Source: Camelus dromedarius (lineage: Eukaryota). From it: a stretch of 64,000 nucleotides of DNA. A program made the translations under genes and the position numbers. This document shows positions 52,448 to 64,000 of the stretch, piece after piece. The notes beneath the pieces were generated by a model. The model searched no databases, had not been told where the DNA came from, and was given only the letters and a program-made list of their open reading frames with translations. Within the stretch, counting starts at the first letter, position 1, and the number at the start of each line of letters is the position of its first letter. The stretch spans positions 107,758,001 to 107,822,000 of the forward strand of contig NC_087436.1 of the NCBI RefSeq assembly GCF_036321535.1, written 5' to 3'.

Positions 52448-53084
52448 GCTCCCATCTCCCTAGAGATCAGAGCTGTTGCAACACACTGTGTTCCCTGAAA
52501 ACTGGCTCTGGGAGGAGAAACTGTCATCCTAATTATGTCACAGCAATTGAGAACTGTGCTGATGACCAAGGCCAGTAACAGACTCCGTCACATGGAGCGG
52601 TGTGTCAGATTAGATCATGTTTTCATCTTAGTTTTGGGCGTTTTGGGCATTTGAGATGCCCCTTCTCCCAATCCTAGAAGATACTGGGGAAAAATGTATT
52701 CTACTTGGCTGAGGGAAAAAGAAAACCTTCCTAATCTTAACCACCTGAAATTTAGACTCTGTTTCAACATCCTGTAGGACAATTTTTGTAGATTATTTTA
52801 CCGAAAAATAACTACTGGATTCACTAGGAGCAACCACATTTTTCTTCATCTGTAGACTTCACATTGGATACCACCCTCTTCCAAGTCATGGGTGTCTTCC
52901 ACCCCACTTCATCACTTTATTCCCTTTCTTCCAATCATTGGCTAAGACCACTCAGCTTGTAGTAACTATGCTCTCACTTTCCCTGAACGTAGATCCCCAT
53001 AGTGATCTGAGAAATCAGAAACCTGGCAGGAGAGCCTGCGAGAAAGAAGTGACTCTGTTGCTAATGACGGATGCTAAGAGCCAG

Positions 53085-53330
53085 CCCCTGTGCAGAACTT
53101 ACCATGTGCTCAGCACTATTAGAAGTGGGTTACGGATAGCGAAACCCTCAATCCTCAGAATAATGCTATTCCCAACTTACTACCATTGTCCCCATTTTAC
53201 AGGAAACCAAGGCACAGAGAGATGAAGTGAGGTATCCAAGTAGTAACTGACAAGATTGTCCAGTTAGCAAATGACAAGGCTGGGGTTTAAGCCTGGACTG
53301 TCTGTCTCCTGAGCTTCTGGCCTTGACTGT
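53085..53330 (-). mobile_element. MIR SINE
   Basis: cttaccatgtgc...aatcctca...tccccattttacagg...aggcacagagag...gctggggtttaagcctgg. Confidence 0.85.
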
Positions 53331-53379
53331 TGAGCCGTTCTTTTTCCCAAGGGGAACTGGACACGTCTCCACGAAGTTC

Positions 53380-53702
53380 TGCTCTGTGTCCTTGCTCGGG
53401 CTTCTCTCTTCCTGGAATGTTCTTCCTCAGGTTCTCTGTCTGCCAAGGTCAAGTTCAATTATCACCTCCTCTGTGAAGCCTTCCTCATAGCTTCTCTGTT
53501 CTTTTTGCCTCCCCTTTGTGATAACACTTAACTACTTGGTATTTTTGTCACTATATACTTTTCTCTCTCATCTGAAATATAGCCAGATCTTTGAGGAAGA
53601 GGGACATAATGTCCTTTTTTATATTTGCATATCCGTGGTGACTGGGAGAATGAATGGTACCCAGTAAGGACTCGTATCGTATTGGACATGAATGAATGAA
53701 GA
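53380..53702 (+). mobile_element. L2 3' end
   Basis: cctggaatgttcttcc...atcacctcctctgtgaagccttcc...atgaatgaatgaa. Confidence 0.7.
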
Positions 53703-55181
53703 TGTTTGGAGATTCTTGTAGATAAATAAGAGTAGGTTTTAAGTTTCTTTTAACTCTATATTGTTTAGTGTCAATCTCTGGCCTAATCGGAAGTATTTTT
53801 ATTAGATATTCATTAGACTCTTTGATGACTCTAGGCATATGGGTCCCTGTTTATTGTAAAGCATTACTGAAATGAGAGAAGAGGTAAGCTTGACTTAGAT
53901 GAATTTAGGTAGCTTCTTTGATCGCGAGTCTGTTGTTTCTGAATCTTAATTAGCTACATCGCTCAGTAAATCAGTAGTGGCCCGTGGGTTATTAAATGGT
54001 AAAATAAATGATTTGGTGTAGTTCCTTTATGAAACTCACAGAGTGCCTACATTTCTCATATTTCATTAGATGACATTATCTTACAATAATTGCTTAATCT
54101 GGAATGATGACATTATGTGCAAATTACATGAGACCCCAGCCACTGATGTTTCTCTGAACACTTATGATATTCGACTTCTTTTAATTATTTTCTCTGCACC
54201 AGATTGCTCACTGTTTTCTCTGCTGCTGCTCTGGGTATTCATGACTGAACAAATCAATTATGAAAATGGAAGCATGCTTCTTTTGTGCATTGCCTGGATG
54301 TCTTAACAATCTCATTATTTGATGAGTGACTTGTAGAAATATTTAACTCACTCTGTTTGACAGATGTCATGTGCTCAACAAGAATAATGAGTGTGCTCCC
54401 TGGTACTGAGAGGACTGTGTGTGCAGTGGTTTTACTCTGATTCCAGCACTGCCAGGGGTGAAAGGTGTTTTGGCTCAAAAATTTTGAATTGTTTGACCTG
54501 GATAACCAGCTCTACAGAATGCATTTACAAGGTTAAGAAAAAAAAAGATAGATTTGCATCAGGTCAAGGTTAACTGTAGTTGGTATTTGCTCAATAATTC
54601 ATTCTCTACTGTTCTAACTTACGATATAATAAATGAACTGCTTGGGGGAGAAAAGGTCAATCCTATATTCAATTTACTGTAGTAGGTGAACTTCCAGTTG
54701 GGGACTTAGTTTAAAAAGGATTTTAATAAAGAGAGGTACTTTATAAACATCTTTGCCATCATAGCACGTTGAAGGAATTACAGAATTACTCTAGCCTGTG
54801 GGGTTCTTTTAGATTCCAAAAAGAATACTTGAGACATAGACTCAATGACCAGAGGCTTGGTCTTCATCTGTATGCTTGACTTCTGAATCTTGCTTTTATC
54901 ACCTGCATTTCCAAGAGCCTCTCAAGCATGTGCATCTCTAAGAGTTCCCACAATACTCTGTGGCCAGCGTGTGCTCATTGTACCTTGCTTGAATGGTCTT
55001 TTTCTTATACACAGACCCTGCTGGAAGAACCTTAAGGACAGAGGTTGTGTCCTACTAACTTGCATTTGTAGCACCTCGCACAGTGCCTGGGCCATGGTAG
55101 CCATTAGGAAATAACTTCAGAATTAATTACTTTATTAATGATAGTAATAATGCCACATGAATGGTAAAAAGCACATTTTAT

Positions 55182-58100
55182 TGACTCATTCTTACTGACT
55201 CAGAAAATCCAAGAATTCTAGCTCCTTTCAAATTCAAACCCAGTTTTTCCTGGGAGGACCTCAACGTATTGCATTTAAGCTCCAATCATCTATTTTTCTT
55301 CTTCACTGGCCTCTCCATGACTCAACTGATGCCCAAGTCAAGGGCATGTTTTCGATTCTCCCCAAGTCACAAACCATCCAAGTAGTGATACAAGGCTGTA
55401 TTTCTGTGGAAAGTTACAGTACTGAAGCCATGCCTCGTCTCTTTGGAAGTGGAAAGAGTATCTCTTTGCTCACTTTGCCATCCTGGAATTAAAGATAAAC
55501 CAGAACATCTCACATCTTTGGCAAAGTATCCTCCCATCTCACAAAGTTCCCCAGAAGAACAGCTCTTCATCCTTACCTGAAGTTCTTCTCTCCAACCATC
55601 TTGGATATGTGTTCATGGTGCTGAGCTGGGTGCTAACATCAGGTTCCAGTTCCATGCTCCATTCTCTACTCCTCCTCTGACCTCATCCCATGCATCAGCT
55701 TAAATAGTTCATTTTTATTTGGCCAAAAATGGAGTTTTCATTTCCTTCTTTGCTACTTAATTTTTTCCATCTTTCCTTCTTTTATTCATACATTCTACTC
55801 AACACATAGCTATTGGATGAATGTTATGTACCAAGTACTATAATAAATTTTGGGGATAAACTGAAGAACAAAATAGATGAAATTTATGTTCCCATGGAGC
55901 TTATAGTTCTATTCACTTGAAGATTCTCAGATACATGTACATCCTACTTGAGATCTAACTTGGATACATGCTAAGTTCTGAAGCATTATATGTGTTCCTG
56001 TCTTTCTTACTAAGACCTTAGCACTCAGAAAACGTCCTCCCTATGTTTTGCTTAATTAGGGCAGGACATACATTATGCAATTTGAGGATTTGTGAACACA
56101 TTAGGAAGAGGCAGAGAGTAGGAAAGAATGAAGCTAAGTGTAAGGACCTTATTCTGGGCAAAGAAAACAAGAAGAAAGAAGTGTACAGGGAGATAAGAAA
56201 GATACTATTTGATTTTCTGTTTAGCAATAACAATCTGAAAATTCCCCAGCAGTAATGATGTCCTGAAAATTCCCAACCAATATGGGAAAGTAGAGGTGGT
56301 CTCAGGAACCCAAGAGTTAGTGAAGGAGTGGTATGTGGCGGGGGGAGGGAAACACAAACAAAAAATCAAAACTGAAAGAGTTGGACCTCGGAGGTCAACT
56401 CCAAGGTAAAGTCAGTTTCTGCATAGAATGATTGATTAAATCTGTCCAAGATCTTACATAGTTGGATGAGCTGTCTGAGGAAGAAGATACACCTAATGGA
56501 ATGAATTATAATATTTTGCAAACAAAGCCCAAATTAGTGAAATAATTTTGTTTAAAAAAAAAAAACAAACAAAAAACACCAGTACTTGAAAGCAAGATGA
56601 CTTACTTGCCAACAGTCCCTGTCAATCATGGAGAAATGCCATTTTTGAAGAGTGACTCATTGGGGAGAAAAAAATGTCTTAATAGCTGTGAACAGTTAAT
56701 AAGAAAGATGATCACCCACGAGCTGACGAGAACTGAAGGCAGGAACTCCAAGAGGAACTTCTTTTTAAAAGTCTTGTTATAACTGCTAACATTTTCCTCT
56801 TTTGAAAGCTTCTTGCCCTAATTGAAAGATGGAAAAATCAGTCAGCTAAACTGCAGGAGACAAACCTGAATGACTCCAAGGGTTGAATTTTTCCTACAGT
56901 TGACTCTTGGAAACTGCTCGCTTCACTGATCACTCCAAAAAGTAGATGGTGACCCAAGGCTTTGAACCATCCATCAGATTTCCTAATGACCATGTCACCG
57001 AAGGGAAGGAAGCATTATGTGAAACTCAGTGCCAAGAATACTCTTTATGCAAATAAAATATATAATCAAGAATAATCGCTTATAGGAAAGCTCTCAGGGT
57101 AAAATATTAATCCCAGAGAAAATTTTATTGGTGCTGTTAAGGAAGATACTTTAAAACAATGCTTTGTTCTAACATTATTCCTTAAATTGTCCCTTTTTGA
57201 AAAAGAAAAACATTATATAGTAGAGTTCCTTTACAGATAAGGTACTAGAAAGAATATAGCCCAAATCAATCTTGGGCCCCTACATGACTCAATGTGTAGA
57301 ATTACAATAAAGAAAGAAATCTCAGCTGCCCAATGGTAATATAAACTCTTCATTGACTTAGCTGAATGTGACAGAGACCAACAAAGCAGTTTTATTCTTT
57401 CTCCTATTACTCCTTCATGGTTGCCTAATGGGCTATTTCTTTCCCTGCCCAGGATGAAAACTTAGATATACACCACAGCTTTTCATCCTCTTTAGTTCTA
57501 AGAACTATCTCATTTCAGTAAGTAAAATGTCAATTGTCAGTGTAATAATCAAAACTCTGATCTCATAACGCATGTAGAGCTACTCACCTCCCACCAGCTT
57601 GCACTTCTTCAGATCTAGAAGCCTCACTGAGGAAGAGGAATGCGGTTGGCTTCTTCCGCCATCTTTGATTATATCCTTGCCTTCTCCGTAGCTGGGTTCA
57701 GGGAGACAGGGGAGTAGGAGAGAAGGACCAGAGCCTTCTGTGGCTGGGTAGTCACCATCTGTCACTAGCTTTTCTACATTTCAGGGAGATTAGAATTGAC
57801 TCATTCTCTCTGGACCTGTACTATGCTTCTCAGAGAGTCTCCTTGTGATGTAGTAAAAAAAAATAAATATTTGGTCTTCTTCCTTGTCCCTGACACATAG
57901 CTCCTAAAACCCTCAGAAACTCTGAAATAATGAATGTCCTTCCTATGCTAATGAGATTATGTGATTGGGGGCTCCCTAGATAGCTTCAGAGTTGGGGCTG
58001 GTTGCCAGATAGACCAAGCCACAATTAGAGAGTTGGAATTTTTAGCTCTAAGAGTGAATTCAATCACCAATGGTCAGTGACTCAATCAATCGTGTTAACT

Positions 58101-58297
58101 AATGAAACCTTCATAAAAACACCTGAACAACAGAGTTCGAGAACTTCCAGGTTGGTGAAACAGTGAGGTGCTGGAGGGAATGCAAGCCCTGTGCCCAGCT
58201 CTCCATACCTCCTCTTCCATTTGACTGTTCCTGAGTGGTATCCCGTATAAGGAAGAAGTCACAGTAAGTAAAGTGCTTTCCTGAGTGCTGTGAGTCA
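55182..58297. promoter_or_regulatory. Cluster of eight perfect AP-1 sites (TGA[C/G]TCA)
   Basis: Sites start at 55182, 55196, 55318, 56653, 57285, 57797, 58078 and 58291; a YY1 motif CCGCCATCTT lies at 57656-57665. Confidence 0.4.
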
Positions 58298-58530
58298 TGC
58301 TAGTGAATTATCAAACCTGAGGAGGGCTGTCAGAAGCTCTGAATCTGTGGTTGGTTGGGCAGATCTGTGTGTAGCCTGCGCACCCCATTCGTGCCGGCAT
58401 CAGAAATGGGGGCAGTTTTCTCGGTCTGAGACCTTAGACGCATGGAGTTGAATTGCTGGATTCCCAGAACTGGAGAATGGGTTGCTGGTGTGGAAAGCCC
58501 CTCTCATACTTGATGTCAGAAGTTTTGTCA
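57844..58530 (+). mobile_element. MER21-type LTR
   Basis: atatttggtcttc...gctcctaaaaccct...tatgctaatgaga...cctagatagcttcag...ggggctggttgccaga...caatcaccaatgg...gtaagtaaagtgctttcctgagt...tgtcagaag. Confidence 0.85.
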
Positions 58531-58886
58531 AGGAAAAAACCTCTTCTCATTTATGGTCCCTCATGGATTCTCCCTAACGCAGATCTTTGCAAGCTCTCTC
58601 TCTGTCTTCTTTCCTACTTGCTATGACCCTTTCACCCAAGGGACATTGACCAGGCTATTCTAGTTTTCCAGGGCCTGCATGAGTCTCTTCTCTCAGGATG
58701 GGCCCCGGGGAGCTGTGTGAACACCCTGAGGCCTGAGCCTTGGCCGAGAGGGGGCTCTTTGCAGGGTCAGGGTGGCTGTGTAGACAGCAGCACGTGAGGT
58801 CTTGGGTGTCCGTACACTTGCTTGTGAAGGCCCTCATGGTGCAGGACAGGACCAGGTGTGGAATGACATGGAGACGGGCCGTGGGT

Positions 58887-59121
58887 CAGGCCCTGACCTG
58901 CTCGCCCCTCTCCTACACTGTTCTGGGCCAGAACTTCAAGGAGTCCCTGAATTTTAAATTCAAACCCGGCTTCCCAGGCTTTATATCTGTCAAATTAGGA
59001 AAATAGGGTGTGTTTTATTTATCTGCTTTTTGGCTTGATTTATATTTTTTAAATGGAGACCTATGGGATATGGGCCTTCAGTGTGACTCTCAGTGTGACA
59101 CTCGAGTTTGGGGTGGGCCTG
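58887..59121. mobile_element. hAT-Tip100-like DNA transposon remnant
   Basis: Inverted ends CAGGCCC...GGGCCTG; the interior resembles remembered MER115/Zaphod-type termini. Confidence 0.5.
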
Positions 59122-61609
59122 GTAGTAAATGTAAGTTCTGTTTTCTTCTTTAGTTTGGACTTTAAAAATCTTCTGTGAAAGAATCCTACAGAAACTGAAC
59201 ACCAGTCTCACTAAATTATTTTCCTTTGCTCCCTGACTCCATGTAAATAGGCCATAGCAGGTCTCACCTTATAGCTTTTTTTCTATAACACCTTATAATT
59301 TCATAATATCACCTAATGTGGCATATGACATACTTATGTATGACATTTATTTTTTATTGCTTGTCTTCCCATCCCCTGCCCACTGTCCTCTACCATCCCT
59401 ACCTCCATTAGAACCTGCCTTCTGTGAGAATGTCCCAAAGATCAGAACAGTGCTTGGAACATAGTAGGTACATGGTAAATATGTGTTAAATAAATATTTA
59501 TATACACACGCATATATATGCACATTATATATGAACATAAATAGAGTAAAATGAACATTAGGTACCTATCCTTTAGTTGGTGCAATTTGATGGTGATTGT
59601 AATTTATTATCTTTTTACATATCTTACAAATTTTCTATAGTAAATGTATCTGCTGTAATAATAAAATAATACAATGGATATATTCAGTTACAGTGGATCC
59701 TCCTTATCCTCGAAAGCTTTTATATTTATTGAATAGTGAATATTATTGTGTACATGTAGTAGATGATGAAACAAAGCTATGATTCTAATAGCTTCAGCCT
59801 GTGAAGGATTGGCTATTTCTCACATTCTCCCCAGGACCTTTGTACTTGACGTGATCATGACTGTTTCCCACATGACATAGATTTTTTGTGTTCTGTTCAC
59901 TACCTCCCTTCTAGATTTGTGTTTGCACCTTAGATGCAGCGACTCTGGCTTGTTATTCTTTGCCTGCCAGCCAAGAGATCAAATATTATAGAACATACCT
60001 GCCTTGTGCTCAGGACACAGGCAGGTGTAATATTCAAACCACAATTTCTTGTCAAATACTTAATTTGTGGTCAATTCTCAGTATGAAAAGATGGTTGTCA
60101 TCTTTTAGAGCATACATATCAAAGGTGTCATGTTTTTAAAAGTTGTCTTAAAATATAAGGGTGATAGCATAGACAATTGCATATGATGTAGTTAAAAGAA
60201 AAAGTTCTATATCTTTGGTGACACAGAGCACTTGCATGAATACATTGCTCACAGTTGAAAAGCTGTGACCCTGTGTGTGTGTGCATTGGGGATGGGCAAA
60301 GTCACAATTTTGTTTATTTTTGAATGTCAAGTATTGGCCTATTTTGAAACACCCCAGTTTTTGGCACTATTAGAAATAAACAGAAATAAAGAATCATCTG
60401 TCTAAATCCAGACCATCTGTCTAAGATGATCACCTGCTCATTTTACCATCATAAGCTAGTAGGTATTTACGATCCACACAACAATTATTTTACTTTAACT
60501 GTGATGTTCTAGAGAGATGAAACTGGCTTTATGTTGTCTTCATTTTAGAAACCTAGATATTACAGACTTGCCATTGTTCTTTGAGCTCTTTTGCATTTTT
60601 TTAATCTATTGCTTATTCAAGATACAAGAAAAAATATGTTTCAATATGCTTTCCTAATATGCAGGTGAAATTTCTGTATTTCAGAATTCTCAATTCCAGT
60701 TTTGATGGAATCTCATAATTCAAAATGAATTGAAAACCAAAGCCCTAGCACATTTTAATCATGTGCAAAATATTATCCAATCTCGTGTTATTCTAGAAAA
60801 GTTATAGTGTGAAAAACTTTTTAAGTCTAGCCCACAGATCGCCTCCTGTAGGAAACCGACTGTAACTTCCTCATCTGAAAGAAGTGCGTCTTTTTTAAAA
60901 GTCTGTAATATGTGGCCAGGTCTTAAGTAGGTACTGCATGTAGAGTGGAAAGAAGGCACAGCGGTTCCCCTCCTCAGAGAGCTATGTGCAGAGTCAGCAG
61001 ATATATGTATCCAGACAGACACGCTTTTGAATCACAGAAGTGGATGAGTGTTACGGAAAAACTGACAGGTGGCGTGATCAGTGCTGACACCCAAAGGAGG
61101 AGACATTTAAGCTTTTTAGTTGACAGTGTTGGCCTAGCTAAGTGTGGGAGGAGTGAAGCTAAGGGTGAAGGAGGAAGACCTCAGGAAGCCGCATTCGAGG
61201 CTGTACGCCCTGATGTCTTGAGGCCTACATTGCTTGGCTGGTTTGAGATTTTGAGAGACGTTCAGTGGGGCTGCCCTATACGGTGAGTGGTTTAGATCTT
61301 TTTAGAGCGTTCCAGAGGTAAATCTGTCACGTGCCGTGTTGAGGAACACTGGGAGAGAGACTGAGCCATCTTTTCCTTAGGAGTGTGTGATTGCAGTCCC
61401 GTAACTGCATCTTGTTGTGGTGCGTGTAGCTGGAATGGGGGCAGCTCCTTGTAAATGTGTTCCATAAGTCGGTCACATTTATGAATGTTTTCCAGTGCCT
61501 GTTATGTGCTTGTGCTGTTTAAGCACTGATGATAATAATACTAACAATAACACCGACAGCTCACAGTTAACCAGTTTTGCTGGGTGCTGTAATAATATTC
61601 GTTGCTATC

Positions 61610-61850
61610 TGTAGCTTTACTATGTGCCAGAAACCATGCTTAGTATTACATTTAGTAACTCTTTTGATCCTTATATCAAACTTATGAGGCAAGTACTCTT
61701 CTTCTTACCTCCTTTTTATAGATGAATCAAGTGAAGCACAAAGAGGTTAAGTAATTTCCTCAAGGTCACACAACCTTAGAAAGCAGCAGGGCTGGAATCC
61801 CAACTCACACATGCTCTTTCCCGTGCCGCGTTCTTACCTGCTGTGCTGTG
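61610..61850 (-). mobile_element. MIR SINE
   Basis: tttactatgtgccag...ttttatagatgaa...agaggttaagtaatttcctcaaggtcacaca. Confidence 0.9.
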
Positions 61851-63346
61851 TTGCACTGTGACTTACATTTCCAGCTCTAGAGAGGAGAGTGGAAGACACC
61901 CGCAAAGCTGACTCTAGCATAAGAAAGAATGACATGCCGTTTATCCTGATTTTGGAAAGGTGGCGAGTAGGCCAGAGGCTCAGGGTGGTAGGAAAGGAAT
62001 CTGATAATACTGTGTCTTTATAAATAATAATCAGCTCCCAGTGAAAGAGAATTTAAGAAGGGGGCCCAATTGAGAACACCTCCTGGCCAGGAAGTGTCCT
62101 AAATCAAGGTCAGACCTTGTAGTGAGGGTGGTATAGCCCTGCCCTGCTGCTGGGACTCTGAGGGCGGGGCCCATACGGCCCATACCTCCCACAAGGGAGA
62201 CACTGAGTAAAGGTGGGTGGGTAATTGGCAGCAAGCAAGCCTTCTCCTTTCTGGATAACTAACTGGATAACAGCCGTGGCACTTCATCTTGCGTGCTGAT
62301 GGCTGCCCGTGACAGGGATAAGCCAAGACACGGAAGCACCTGCGCTGAGGCCTGAGCTCCGTTATCAACACCATCCTCAGCATCAGCTATAATGTTCACC
62401 ACGACCAGCCTCCACGGAGCAGTTCACACATTACAGAAGACTTTCCTATGTGTTGTATCTTATTAATGCCTGAAAGGGGGTTTACTTTGCCCTGAGTTTT
62501 GTAAAACCTCTTCTGCTTTTGCAAAAACCAATCTGTGTTCATGGTTTAAAAAGTTAAGTGGTACTATTAAGCTTATAATGAAGAAGCAGTGCCCTCACTC
62601 CTTCTCCCAATTTCCGTCTTTATAAAAGTAATTAGTTTTAACTTATTTTTAGCTACCGCTTTGGGCATTTAGCCTTGTATATCTAAGTGATCTGCTTACA
62701 TTGCTATTTCTTGATTTTCCATTTTAAATATTGTCCATTGACTTCTTATAGGAGAAGATGAGGATTTAACTTTTTAATTCCTTCCTCCACACACACTCTC
62801 TCACACACACTTCGACTTTTCCCAGCCTGGCAATACAGGTAAAGGATACATTTTGGTTGTATCCATGTCTTTGTTTTATTGCTATGAAACTTACATGTAA
62901 TTCACAGGTTTCCTGTTTATTGTACTGTGTATGTTATCATGTACCATTCCCTTTCTTGTACAACTCTGCTTGAGTAAATTTTATTTTTCAATTACTTAAT
63001 TTTCTCTGAATCTAATTCCCAGACTTTTGAACAGAACTTGGAAGTTGTTGTTAATACATTCATATTCATCAATCAGCATATCATTTTTCCCCCAGAGGGT
63101 CTCATTCTTGCAACTCTTTACCCCGTTTTCCTCCTTTGAACTGGCTGATGTGTAGGCTTGCTGCGTCTGGGGTCACACCGTCACCTCTGCCTGAGAACCC
63201 CCTCTCTTCAAGGTTGGTCACTTCAGTTCTTGAGTCCCACTTACTGATTTGCATCTGTTTTGTGACAGCGCATTCTTTAGTAGCTTCCGCAGAAGAACTG
63301 CAGGAAACATTTTTGAGATACTGTTTATTAGTCAGGATGGGCTGTT

Positions 63347-63552
63347 TCGGTTTCTCAACTTCAGCGCTATTGACATTGGGGCAGGTAATTCTCTGCTGAA
63401 GGAAGCTGTCTTGTGCGTTGTGGTATTCTGGGCGTCATCCCTGGGCTGTACCCACTAGGTACCAGTAGCACTCAGTTGTGGGAACCAAAGGTATTGCAAG
63501 GCATTGCTAAATGTCCCCTGGTGGGTAGCATCAACTCTGGTTGAGAACTATC
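63347..63552. mobile_element. MER20 (hAT-Charlie) DNA transposon
   Basis: ggtttctcaacttcagcgctattgacatt...catccctgg...tacccactag...ccagtagca...cattgctaaatgtcccctg...ggttgagaac, with inverted ends. Confidence 0.9.
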
Positions 63553-63569
63553 AGGCTTTGTAAGCCTGT

Positions 63570-63850
63570 TAACCCCCAAATCTTACTTTGCTTAACCAAA
63601 CAAATGTTTGTTGCTTGTTCATGGTACCTGTGCAGTGGAGGTGGGCATGTTCATTTATATAATTATTCTGGAACCCAAGATGACAGGCACACTCCCATCT
63701 TTTATGATCTTTTATTGGCATAATAATTGTATTCTAAGGTCAAAGGAGCTGAGCGGTTGGGGGAGCAGGGGAATTGTCACTATCTCAGTTCAGAACTGAC
63801 AAACTTCATTTCTTGTATTCTATTGGCCAGAATTAGTTACATGCCCATTC
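63570..63850 (-). mobile_element. MaLR LTR fragment (MLT1K/L-like)
   Basis: gcttaacc...ggaacccaagatgac...attggccagaattagttacatgccc. Confidence 0.45.
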
Positions 63851-64000
63851 TTTTTTTTTTTTTTTAACATATCCATTCTTAATTTCAAGGAAGAAAAGAA
63901 AAAATGACCTCTACCACATCTTACAATTCTGAAAATGTCTTCATTTTACCTGTATTTAATTAATAGTTGGACTGGATTTAGAATTCTCTGCAAGAAAGCA

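Larger units (their letters stand above)
62520..64000 (-). mobile_element. HAL1 / old L1ME-like element interrupted at ~63335-63915
   Basis: cattgacttc...gaagatgaggatt...attttggtt...cattccctttcttgtacaact; resumes at tctgaaaatgtcttcattttacct; homologous to the 38.3-39.9 kb copy. Confidence 0.7.

Overview
AT-rich, CpG-depleted genomic DNA from a placental mammal. A cetartiodactyl-type L1 3' end at ~30.8 kb and the absence of any Alu, B1/B2, CAN-SINE, PRE-1 or Bov-tA/Bov-A2 SINE that I could see point tentatively to a camelid-like cetartiodactyl (inference). I recognise no intact protein-coding gene, RNA gene or CRISPR array; the supplied ORFs are chance ORFs or L1 ORF2 remnants. Much of the window is old interspersed repeats (ERVL internal remnant, MaLR/ERV LTRs, L1/HAL1, L2, MIR, hAT DNA transposons), some of them nested. 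Repeat names come from remembered consensus sequences and boundaries are approximate. The window may be a long intron of a + strand gene. Most worth following up: a strong orphan splice acceptor followed by a Kozak-context 55-codon ORF (26.4 kb), an 86-bp CpG micro-island with NRF1/ETS-like motifs (52.4 kb), eight AP-1 sites in 3.1 kb (55-58 kb), a diverged local duplication of apparently unique DNA (44.8/45.7 kb), paired AT-rich palindromes (11.05 kb), RFX X-boxes, and candidate cassette or recursive splice sites. I found no convincing new biological system.
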